A DNA stretch of 53,401 nt. It comes from Candidatus Bipolaricaulota bacterium. GTDB taxonomy: Bacteria > Bipolaricaulota > Bipolaricaulia > M55B111. The notes beneath the pieces were generated by a model, which saw only the letters and a program-made list of their open reading frames with translations, was not told the origin of the DNA and did not search any database. The stretch lies in assembly GCA_018334915.1 (NCBI GenBank), contig JAGXLB010000003.1:1-53401 (forward strand). Direction: 5' to 3'. The translations under genes were made by a program, and so were the position numbers. This document shows positions 10,117-18,429 of the stretch, in pieces (position 1 is the stretch's first letter; each line of letters opens with the position of its first letter).

Positions 10117-10657
10117 ATGTCTAACACGACAGAAACAGAAAGATCATATGGTCCATCCATATTTTGGTTTTCAGCCATTTTGATCGGAGGGTTTCTCCTT
10201 TGATCCATAGACTTTCCGGTCCACAGGGAAAACGTTATCCAGAATGTATTCAACTGGATGACTACCTCCTTGGCCTGGCTCTGGCTGTTGACCGCATTTA
10301 TCAAATTCACGCAGAATACCCCGTCCTGTGATCGGGGATGAATGCGAAAGTTCGTAATTAAATAGAAATCGCGGTGGCGAAGCCAGGAATCGGGCGTAAT
10401 GCCCCGCCCTATGGGTTGGGATAGCGCGATTCAATCGATTTATTTACTACGTAATAGGTGATCACGTCGGAGAATTCTGGAGAAAGGTGATTGACGTAAT
10501 AGGTGTATTTGCCACAGTTGGAGGACTATCGACGACCACGGGCCTTATCGGACTACAGTTTTCGTCGGATCTGAAACACCACTACGGGTTGGAGGTGCCC
10601 CAGTACGGAATATATCTGATTATCGGGGTTATAACCCCCATATTTTCAAATAAATAG
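10117..10657 (+). pseudogene. Decayed BCCT (betaine/choline/carnitine) transporter
   Basis: RBS AGGAGGAG and ATG at 10117; reads IFWFSAILIGGFLL*(TGA 10201)...NVFNWMTTSLAWLWLL, then after an insertion IGDHVGEFWRKVIDVIGVFATVGGLSTTTGLIGLQ, resembling BetT/OpuD segments; internally deleted and truncated. Confidence 0.8.
10302..10434 (+). mobile_element. 133-bp non-autonomous IS200/IS605-type element inside the BCCT pseudogene
   Basis: TTTAT|CAAA junction, left hairpin CGCAGAATACCCCG...CGGGGATGAATGCG, right hairpin GCCCCGCCCTATGGGTTGGG, ends ...CGCGATTCAA; no coding region. Confidence 0.65.
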
Positions 10658-10690
10658 CTGAGAATGCCCTGGGGGTGGATCGGCGGTTTT

Positions 10691-10728
10691 GAGCCCCGCA
10701 ACTTGATACGGGAAGGAATTGGCTGGTT
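10691..10728 (+). repeat. Degenerate IS200/IS605-type end remnant
   Basis: GAGCCCCGCAACTTGATACGGGAAGGAATTGGCTGGTT resembles the reverse complement of the 44-kb element end (GAAGCCCTGCAGCTCGCTGCAGGGAGGAATCGGCTGGTT). Confidence 0.45.
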
Positions 10729-10765
10729 GTTGTTACAACCTCGCACCTTTGATGAGGTAATTGAC

Positions 10766-10794
10766 TTGACAGCGTCAAACTATTTTAATACTAT
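10766..10794 (+). promoter_or_regulatory. Putative sigma70 promoter of the thr/asp operon
   Basis: TTGACA-17 nt-TACTAT. Confidence 0.55.
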
Positions 10795-10832
10795 AATGTA
10801 AATCTAACTGGCAGGAAAGAAGGGAAACGTCC

Positions 10833-10955
10833 ATGAATAAAACCATAAGTTTAAAAAATTTTGATTCTAGCAGATTTAACGGAACCTGTTTCTCTTCTGT
10901 TGACAATCAGACCATGGCTACTCACATGACGGAGGGGACTCCTTCCCTCCATTAG
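10833..10955 (+). CDS. Putative 40-aa leader peptide with Thr/Met-rich C-terminus
   Basis: Purine-rich RBS; MNKTISLKNFDSSRFNGTCFSSVDNQTMATHMTEGTPSLH; lies between the promoter and thrC. Confidence 0.35.
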   Translation: MNKTISLKNFDSSRFNGTCFSSVDNQTMATHMTEGTPSLH

Positions 10956-11061
10956 TATCCTACCACCTCTATATTATTAATTTGCTTTTTTCGAGTTTAC
11001 TTACTTCCTTTTAGCTCGAATTTTCTCAGGATTTTCTGTCTTGATGTTCAGGAGGTTTTTC

Positions 11062-12117
11062 ATGGAATGGAATGGTGTGCTTGATCAGTACTTTGATCAT
11101 TTACCGATAGACGAGCGGGATCACATCGTAAGTCTAAATGAAGGTAATACCCCCTTAATAAGAGCAAATAATATTGAAGAGGGTTTAGAAGACGAACTGG
11201 AAATTTATCTGAAATACGAGGGAGCAAATCCTACCTGTTCTTTTAAGGACAGGGGCATGACGGTGGCAGTGTCAAAGGCAGTTGAACGGAGTGAAAAGGC
11301 AGTGATATGTGCTTCCACGGGCAACACTTCTGCTTCGGCTGCGGCGTATGCAGCCCGGTCCGGACTGGAAGCAATAGTCGTAATTCCGGAAGGAAAAATC
11401 GCTTTCGGAAAACTTTCCCAGGCGATGATGCATGGTGCCAAGGTTGTCCAGATAAGGGGGAATTTCGACGAGGCCCTCGAGCTGGTTCTCGAAATTTCTG
11501 ACAGCTATCCGGTTACCCTTGTTAATTCTCTGAATCCAAACAGGATAGAAGGCCAGAAGACTGCGTCGTTCGAAATATCCGATTTTCTCGGCAGGGCTCC
11601 GGATTATCATCTTCTTCCCGTTGGTAATGCAGGAAATATCACTGCCTACTGGAAGGGTTATAAAGAGTATCACGAGACAGGGGAAACTGAGCGATTGCCA
11701 AAGATGACTGGTTTTCAGGCGGCGGGTGCCTCGCCGATAGTGGAAGGAGAGAGATTTGAAGACCCCGAAACGGTGGCGACGGCCATCAGAATAGGTAACC
11801 CGGCAAGCTGGAATAAAGCTGAAAACGCCAGGGACGAATCGGGAGGAATGATCGGTAAAACGACCGACGAGGAATTGGTTGATGCGTACAGGTTCCTGGC
11901 AGACTGCGAGGGGGTCTTCTGTGAACCCGCTTCCGCTGTATCTGTTGCGGGACTGCTAAAACTGGATGGCACCGGCTATTTCGACCAGGGCAGCGTGATA
12001 ACCTGTACACTGACCGGACACGGGCTTAAGGACCCCGATATAGCGATCGAATCGAGCCCGGAGCCAAAAACGGTCGGAGTTGACGTTAGTGAAGTACTGG
12101 AGGTTGCGGACCTGTGA
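11062..12117 (+). CDS. thrC: Threonine synthase
   Basis: EGNTP, NPTCSFKDRG (PLP Lys), ASTGNTSAS, PVGNAGN, TGHGLKD; RBS AGGAGG. Confidence 0.95.
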   Translation: MEWNGVLDQYFDHLPIDERDHIVSLNEGNTPLIRANNIEEGLEDELEIYLKYEGANPTCSFKDRGMTVAVSKAVERSEKAVICASTGNTSASAAAYAARSGLEAIVVIPEGKIAFGKLSQAMMHGAKVVQIRGNFDEALELVLEISDSYPVTLVNSLNPNRIEGQKTASFEISDFLGRAPDYHLLPVGNAGNITAYWKGYKEYHETGETERLPKMTGFQAAGASPIVEGERFEDPETVATAIRIGNPASWNKAENARDESGGMIGKTTDEELVDAYRFLADCEGVFCEPASAVSVAGLLKLDGTGYFDQGSVITCTLTGHGLKDPDIAIESSPEPKTVGVDVSEVLEVADL

Positions 12118-13307
12118 AGTACGTGATAATCCAGGGAGACGGAATGGCGGATCATCCTCTTAAGGAACTTTCAGGAGAGACCCCGCTGGAAGCTGCAAGT
12201 ACACCGAACATGGATGAGGTCGCCTCTGCCGGGGAACTGGGGGTAGTTGACACAATACCGTCTGATCTGCCGCCGGGAAGTTCGGTGGGAAACATGAGCC
12301 TGATGGGTTTGGACCCCGGCGAATACTTTTCCGGTCGGGCACCACTGGAAGCTGGAGGTCAAGGAGTTCCCGTGAATAGTGATGACCTGGTTTTTCGTTG
12401 CAATCTTGTCAGGTTGAGAAAAACCGGGGGCGGGAAAATTATGGAAGATTACAGCGGAGGCCAACCCGCCACGGATAAAGTAGACCAATACATAAAGCTG
12501 CTCGACGAAAAGTTAGGAATGAACGGATTCAAGTTCTACAGCGGGGTAAGTTACCGGAACCTTCTGGTCTGGCATAACGGAAGGAACGAAATTGATCTCG
12601 ATGACCTTTATCTCAAGCCGCCTCACGATATTACGGGTAAAACAGTAGGAAGATATCTACCCCGGGGTTCCGGTGCTGAAAAACTGAATGGAATTCAAAC
12701 GAAAGCAGGAGAGATACTTGATAAAAATAGCGAGTCCTTCAACGGGATCTGGCTCTGGGGAGCGGGCGTAAAGCCTGATCTACCTACGTTTCAGGAACGG
12801 TATGGGCTGGACGGGGCGGTCGTAAGCGCCGTCGATCTTATTAAGGGCCTGGGAGTTTTTACCGGTCTAAAGCCTATAAAAGTTGAGGGAGCCACCGGCT
12901 CCATCGATACGAATTACGAAGGCAAGGTGCGGGCGGGAAAAGAAAACATCCAGGAAGGCTCGCTTCTCTTCCTTCACGTGGAAGCACCGGACGAGGCCGC
13001 ACACGCCGGTGATCTTGAATTGAAGATAAAAGCAATTGAACGGTTTGACAAGAGGATTGTAGGACCTCTGGTCAACTACCTGTCCGGCAGGAACGACTCA
13101 AAACTTTTAATCGTTACTGATCATATTACTGGAATAGAGTCGAAGACGCACGAGAGGGGACCTGTCCCGTTTGCTATAACGGAGTTTACCGGATCGAAAG
13201 TTTCTCCCTGGAGGAAATTTGCCGAGGAGGAGGCTTCCAGGACAGGCAAAGACTTGAATACTGGTGAAGATTTGATCGAGATATTTTTAGAAGAGGAGGT
13301 GGGGTAA
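12114..13307 (+). CDS. apgM: ApgM-like cofactor-independent phosphoglycerate mutase homolog (proposed homoserine kinase type)
   Basis: GDGMAD, TPLEAA.TPNMD, PGS, GRAPLEA, HVEAPDEAAH, TDH; overlaps the thrC stop. Confidence 0.8.
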   Translation: MKYVIIQGDGMADHPLKELSGETPLEAASTPNMDEVASAGELGVVDTIPSDLPPGSSVGNMSLMGLDPGEYFSGRAPLEAGGQGVPVNSDDLVFRCNLVRLRKTGGGKIMEDYSGGQPATDKVDQYIKLLDEKLGMNGFKFYSGVSYRNLLVWHNGRNEIDLDDLYLKPPHDITGKTVGRYLPRGSGAEKLNGIQTKAGEILDKNSESFNGIWLWGAGVKPDLPTFQERYGLDGAVVSAVDLIKGLGVFTGLKPIKVEGATGSIDTNYEGKVRAGKENIQEGSLLFLHVEAPDEAAHAGDLELKIKAIERFDKRIVGPLVNYLSGRNDSKLLIVTDHITGIESKTHERGPVPFAITEFTGSKVSPWRKFAEEEASRTGKDLNTGEDLIEIFLEEEVG

Positions 13308-14489
13308 ATGGCCCTGAAAGATACCGGGTGCTTCAAGTGTAGCAATAACAACAACCAGGAGTGGGGAATAAAAAGGAAACCTCGGTACGGGTTAGCAGGA
13401 GCACAAGAGTCCAGCGGAGATAATAACGCAAAACCAGTGGTACCTCTGATCCAGCTTGGAATAGGAACTGTTGGAAGGGAATTAATAGAAAAGGTAATTG
13501 GCAGGAATAACCGGGAAAGCCCCGGGCACAGTTATTGCTACGTGGGATTTGTCGATAAAAGCGGATTAGCTGTGAATAAAGACGGGTTTTCAGAAGAGAA
13601 ATTAGAGGAGATCCTAAAAGTAAAAGAGAGTGGAGAGAAACTGGCTGGAATTTACAGCGAAAAAATTGAAGATATCGACTTCCTCGAAGACTTATTTGAG
13701 GAGAAAGAGAGAGGAATTCTTGTCGACGTTACGGACGCTGATAAGTTTACGGACCACTATAGAATGGCTCTGAAAAAGGGGTGGTCGGTGGTTCTTGCTA
13801 ACAAAGTCCCACTCACGGGAGTCGAGCCGGAAGAATTCAGACGCTTAAGGAACTCGAGCCTTCGCTATGAAGCAACAGTTGGTGCGGGGTTGCCAGTGAT
13901 ATCTACACTGGACCACTTAAAGCGTCATGGAGAAGAGTTTGAGGAATTAGCGGCTATATTGAGCGGGTCCCTAAGTTTTATCCTCTCCCGGATGGAGAAA
14001 GGTATGGATTTAAAAGAGGCAGTGTTAGAAGCAAAAGAAAAGGACTTTACTGAGCCGAATCCGGCGGAGGACCTTCTGGGCAATGACGTAGCTAGAAAAA
14101 CGGTGATTCTTGGCCGGAGCCTTGGTCTTGACCTCTCGCTAGACGATATAGCTCTTGAGCCGATGGTTGAACTGGAGGAAGATATTTCTTCGCAGAGGCT
14201 TGAGGAGGAACTCGAGGCAGCCAGCCCCGACTTTCGGCAAAGAGTTGGGTCCGCTGGGGATGCCGGAAACCGGCTACGATACGTTGCCAGGATTGCTGGA
14301 AATAAAGTTACCGTGGGATTGGAGGAGGTAAGTGAAGAATCTCCTCTCGCACAGGGAAATAGCACAGCAAATGTAGTTCTCTTTCGCACCGGTAATTACA
14401 CCGAACCACCGTTGATCGTTCAGGGGCCGGGGGCAGGTCCAGAAGTAACCGCAGGAGGAGTATTTTCCGATATAAAACGTCTGGTGTAG
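13308..14489 (+). CDS. hom: Homoserine dehydrogenase
   Basis: GIGTVG, ANK, YEATVGAGLP, TEPNP..D..G.DVARK, GPGAG..VTAGGV. Confidence 0.9.
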   Translation: MALKDTGCFKCSNNNNQEWGIKRKPRYGLAGAQESSGDNNAKPVVPLIQLGIGTVGRELIEKVIGRNNRESPGHSYCYVGFVDKSGLAVNKDGFSEEKLEEILKVKESGEKLAGIYSEKIEDIDFLEDLFEEKERGILVDVTDADKFTDHYRMALKKGWSVVLANKVPLTGVEPEEFRRLRNSSLRYEATVGAGLPVISTLDHLKRHGEEFEELAAILSGSLSFILSRMEKGMDLKEAVLEAKEKDFTEPNPAEDLLGNDVARKTVILGRSLGLDLSLDDIALEPMVELEEDISSQRLEEELEAASPDFRQRVGSAGDAGNRLRYVARIAGNKVTVGLEEVSEESPLAQGNSTANVVLFRTGNYTEPPLIVQGPGAGPEVTAGGVFSDIKRLV

Positions 14490-14546
14490 TTGGGGGAAGC
14501 ACATTTTTGAAGACTAACTAGCTTTAATCTTTTATCATGGAGGAGA

Positions 14547-15560
14547 ATGATGAGTGAATATACGGTCGGAGTTATTGGCGCGCTTGGCGCGGTTGGGGGC
14601 CAGATGCGGGATATTCTGGCCGTCAGCAGTATCAATATCGGTGAGGTAAAAATGTTCGAACGGCCGGAGCTGGAGGGTAAAACTGCTGAATTTGCAGGGG
14701 AAAAAATACCCTGCGAGGTCGCAACACCGGAGGCTCTTTCCGAATGTGACCTGGCTACAATGTCCGCTGGGTCCGATGTCTCAAAAAAGCTGGCACCCAT
14801 GGCAGCGAATGCTGGCTGTGTTGTAGTTGACAATTCGAGCCAGTGGCGACTGGACCCCGAGGTTCCTTTAGTGGTACCCGAGGTAAATCCGGAAGATCTG
14901 GACTGGCACGAAGGAATAGTGGCAAACCCTAACTGCTCGACTATCCAGATGGTAGTGGCTCTTAAACCAATTCACGACAACTACGGTATTAACAGGGTCG
15001 TAGTCTCGACCTACCAGGCGGTTTCAGGTTCGGGTTCCGACGCAATAGGAGAGTTAAAAAGCCAAACGGAAGATATCGTAAACGGGGAAGAGCCCAAAGC
15101 CGAGGTATATCCCCACCAGATTGCCTTTAATGCTTTGCCCCATATAGATGTTTTTAGGGACAACGGGTATACCGAAGAAGAGATGAAAATGGTGAATGAG
15201 ACGAAAAAGATAGTTGGAGAGGAACTAGAGGTAAGTCCCACTGCCGTCAGGATACCGGTTTATAGGTCTCATGCGGAATCGGTTAATGTTCAAACGGAAT
15301 TATCTCCGGACGTTAGAGAGGTGAGAGAAATTCTGGCCGACAGTCCTGGAGTCGCAGTTGAGGACGATCTGGAGAACAACGTATACCCTCTTTGCACCAG
15401 AGCGGAGGGAAAAGACGAAGTGTTCGTTGGCAGGATCAGGAAAGATCCCACGATCGAAAACGGGCTTAATTTCTGGGTCGTTGCGGACAATCTAAGGAAA
15501 GGGGCCGCACTTAATACAGTACAAATCGCGGAATCTATGGTCGAAAGAGGGCTTGTCTAA
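14547..15560 (+). CDS. asd: Aspartate-semialdehyde dehydrogenase
   Basis: GALGAVG, DNSS.WR, ANPNCSTIQ, YQAVSGSG, DNLRKGAALN. Confidence 0.96.
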   Translation: MMSEYTVGVIGALGAVGGQMRDILAVSSINIGEVKMFERPELEGKTAEFAGEKIPCEVATPEALSECDLATMSAGSDVSKKLAPMAANAGCVVVDNSSQWRLDPEVPLVVPEVNPEDLDWHEGIVANPNCSTIQMVVALKPIHDNYGINRVVVSTYQAVSGSGSDAIGELKSQTEDIVNGEEPKAEVYPHQIAFNALPHIDVFRDNGYTEEEMKMVNETKKIVGEELEVSPTAVRIPVYRSHAESVNVQTELSPDVREVREILADSPGVAVEDDLENNVYPLCTRAEGKDEVFVGRIRKDPTIENGLNFWVVADNLRKGAALNTVQIAESMVERGLV

Positions 15561-15593
15561 CCCCATCGCGGGGTCCGGAGATGGTGAGATGAA

Positions 15594-16718
15594 ATGGCTA
15601 AAATCGTAAAAAAATTTGGCGGAACGTCCCTTCAGACCGAGAAAAGGATAAAATTAGCCGTTGAAGAAGTAATTGAGGGCATTGAGAATGGTAACGAGGT
15701 TATTTCGGTCGTATCCGCTCTGGGGAGAGGTGGTGATCCCTATGCTACGGATACTTTGATAGATCTTATGAAAGAAATATCTCCGGAAATAGATCCACTT
15801 AAACAGGATCTCATGATGTCCTGTGGCGAGGTAATATCGGCGTCCCTGTTTTCACACTACCTGGATGCGGCGGGCTACGATTCGGTGCCTCTGACAGGGT
15901 CTCAGGCGGGCATAATTACCGACAGAGAATTTGGTGAGGCCAGGATTGTTGATATCAATACCGAAAGAATGCTTGAATATATGGCTCAGGATAAATCCGT
16001 CGTACTTGCCGGTTTCCAGGGTATAACTAAAAAAGGTGAAATTACCACGCTGGGGCGAGGAGGTAGCGATACTACGGCTTTAGAGATAGGTGGGGCTTTG
16101 AACGCGGACAAGGTAGAGGTATATACCGATGTACCCGGAGTGGCCGTGGTCGACCCCCATAGAGTAAAAGACCCTCCGTTTTTTGACGCCATACCCAGGG
16201 GAGTTTTACGTAAACTCTCGAATAACGGTACTAGTGTTATTCATCCACGGGCCATTTCAGCTGCCAACCAATACGAAATTCCTTTTTCCATCAAATGTTC
16301 ATGGGGAAGTGGAGAAACCTTGGTAAACGGCAGGCCTTCTTCTGCAAAAACACCTCTTGCCGTTGCTGTGAAGGATGACTGTAGCCTGGTGAGAGTGTCA
16401 AACTTCGACTCGAAGAAGAACGCTGGAAGCGGGAAGAGTACTGAGCGGGTTGTGGCAAAGGGGAATGAAGGTAAATTTTATCTTTTGGAAGGTGAAAGTA
16501 AACGTAGAGTCCAGGATTTTAATTCCCGACCCGCTTCCTTAGTAACGGCCGTCTCTACGCTTCCTGAACGGTCTAACACCCTGTTGAGTAAGGTGTTAGA
16601 TGTGGTTGGTCGGGAGCACTACGTAGAAAAAAAGGTTGGTTCCAGCCTGGTTAAGTTTATTGTAGAGCCGGGAATGGAGTCAGAGGTAGTCCGTCGTATT
16701 TACAATCGTTTTTATTGA
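15594..16718 (+). CDS. Aspartate kinase (DapG/AK-I-like)
   Basis: KFGGTS, SALGR..DPYATD, TTLGRGGSDTT, YTDVPG; degenerate C-terminal regulatory region. Confidence 0.9.
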   Translation: MAKIVKKFGGTSLQTEKRIKLAVEEVIEGIENGNEVISVVSALGRGGDPYATDTLIDLMKEISPEIDPLKQDLMMSCGEVISASLFSHYLDAAGYDSVPLTGSQAGIITDREFGEARIVDINTERMLEYMAQDKSVVLAGFQGITKKGEITTLGRGGSDTTALEIGGALNADKVEVYTDVPGVAVVDPHRVKDPPFFDAIPRGVLRKLSNNGTSVIHPRAISAANQYEIPFSIKCSWGSGETLVNGRPSSAKTPLAVAVKDDCSLVRVSNFDSKKNAGSGKSTERVVAKGNEGKFYLLEGESKRRVQDFNSRPASLVTAVSTLPERSNTLLSKVLDVVGREHYVEKKVGSSLVKFIVEPGMESEVVRRIYNRFY

Positions 16719-17024
16719 GCCCCAGACAATTATCTATTTAATCAAATCCGTGTACTCCGGGACTCGGTAATTCGAGTCCGATCAGGCTAGAATTTTGAAT
16801 ATCTCTTGCAAGATAGAACTGGTCCTGTTAGTTTTGGTATCAGTGAAGGAGGGGCAAGCTGTGCATCGAAGTGTTTAAACTACCCATATCCAACTGATAG
16901 TGTTTAGGACTTTTCTTTAACCGGGGGTTGGGGGGTAATTCTTTCGCCAAGTTTATTTAATGGTAATAGTTTGGTTCTTTTGCGAAAGAGTTGGTCAGTA
17001 AGTAATCTTTGGTGACGTGTTGAA

Positions 17025-17056
17025 ATCAATGATCACGTTACAGGGTGCGGGGCTTG
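17025..17056 (+). repeat. Degenerate copy of the GTCAA...GGGGCTTG element-end motif
   Basis: ATCAATGATCACGTTACAGGGTGCGGGGCTTG versus GTCAATTACCCCGCACCAATGTGCGGGGCTTG at 21631 (about 23/32 identical by eye). Confidence 0.4.
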
Positions 17057-17314
17057 CGACAAAAATCTGTGAGTTTATGAGTTATGTTCTTTAACGATAA
17101 AAGCCTCGTAATCCTGCATACCATTAGAAACTTATCCATGTTTAAAGTTGGTTTGAGTAGTGAAGATACCAATCCCTTGGATTATCTGTTATTAACCTCC
17201 CAAATTAATTGGTGTATTGCCTATTCTGTCTGGACGAATAACCGGCTTATACCCACAAGCTTTGTGTGGAGGTAGTGACCAGTGTAGATGAAGTATTTTT
17301 TAAAAGGGGGCCGA

Positions 17315-18406
17315 ATGAAAGATACCGATCAGAAAATTTCTTTCGACCGTGGAGTACCTGCAACCGAATCCTTTTCAGTAAAGAAGATTGGTGCAGTAGC
17401 CAAAAAAGTAATGGATAAGTACGGTAATTCGCTCTTACAGTACGGGGACGCCCGGGGCTTCTCCCCTTTAAGAGATAAGCTGGCTGATTGGCATGAGGGG
17501 TCTGTGCGTGGGGATATTTTGATTGGTAATGGCTCTCTTCAGATACTTGATATGATCGCCAATCTATACATAGAACCGGGGGATACAGTGTTAGTGGAAA
17601 GACCCTCTTACGATAGAGCCATCACTATATTCAATCGGGCAGGGGCAGAAGTTCAGGGAGTAAAACTCGAGAACGACGGCCCGAATCTGGATAAACTGGA
17701 AACCCTGCTTGAGACTCATCATCCTGAGCTTCTCTACACCATTCCCGACTTTCAGAACCCGACGGGTGTTTGTGCTTCCGCCAGAAAAAGAGAGGAAGTA
17801 GCTGAGCTTACGGCGGAGCAAGGGACTCTGGTGGTGGAAGATTCCCCTTACAGAAAATTGAGATACCGTGGAGCCGAAAAACCTACCCTGAGGAGTTTCA
17901 ATCCGGAAGGAGTAGTTCAGATGTCGTCTTTCAGTAAGTTGATCGGTCCGGGAATGAGGGTTGGCTGGGTCGTTGGCAACTCGGAGACCATCGACGATCT
18001 GGCCGTCTACGCGGAGGATACTTATATTACTCCCAGCTTGCTCAGTCAGGGAATGATAAACCACCTAATAGAAGAAGGATGGCTTGAGGAAAACATCAAG
18101 GAATTAATTGCTCTGTACAAACCCAGGCTCGAAGCTACTCTAGTTAGCCTGCAAGAGTACTTCCCTGAAGCTGGCTGGGTCCAGGCTCAGGGAGGTTTTT
18201 TTGTCGGTCTCTGGCTTCCGGATAGTTCCCTGGCTAGTAAGTTCTACGATCGAGCAGAAAAGGAGAACTTGATTCTTTCAACATCAGAAGGGTTCTTTCC
18301 CGACTGTAAGGCTGAAGGTTTTGTTAGGCTTCCGTTCCCCGCACTTTCTCCCGATTTAATCGAAGAGGGAATAAGAAGGATCGGAAGGGTCTGGAGAGAT
18401 CTCTGA
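17315..18406 (+). CDS. PLP-dependent class I/II aminotransferase (Aro8/LysN-like)
   Basis: LQYG...G, PDFQNPTG, EDSPY, SFSKLIGPGMRVGW. Confidence 0.9.
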   Translation: MKDTDQKISFDRGVPATESFSVKKIGAVAKKVMDKYGNSLLQYGDARGFSPLRDKLADWHEGSVRGDILIGNGSLQILDMIANLYIEPGDTVLVERPSYDRAITIFNRAGAEVQGVKLENDGPNLDKLETLLETHHPELLYTIPDFQNPTGVCASARKREEVAELTAEQGTLVVEDSPYRKLRYRGAEKPTLRSFNPEGVVQMSSFSKLIGPGMRVGWVVGNSETIDDLAVYAEDTYITPSLLSQGMINHLIEEGWLEENIKELIALYKPRLEATLVSLQEYFPEAGWVQAQGGFFVGLWLPDSSLASKFYDRAEKENLILSTSEGFFPDCKAEGFVRLPFPALSPDLIEEGIRRIGRVWRDL

Positions 18407-18429
18407 ACGTTTCAAAAAGGAGGGGTTAT

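Noticed and set aside
10101-10434. Minus-strand ORFs 10101-10310 and 10171-10434
   Set aside because: They are shadows of the BCCT pseudogene and the inserted mini-element.
17084-17275. 63-aa ORF upstream of the aminotransferase
   Set aside because: No clear RBS or recognisable homology.
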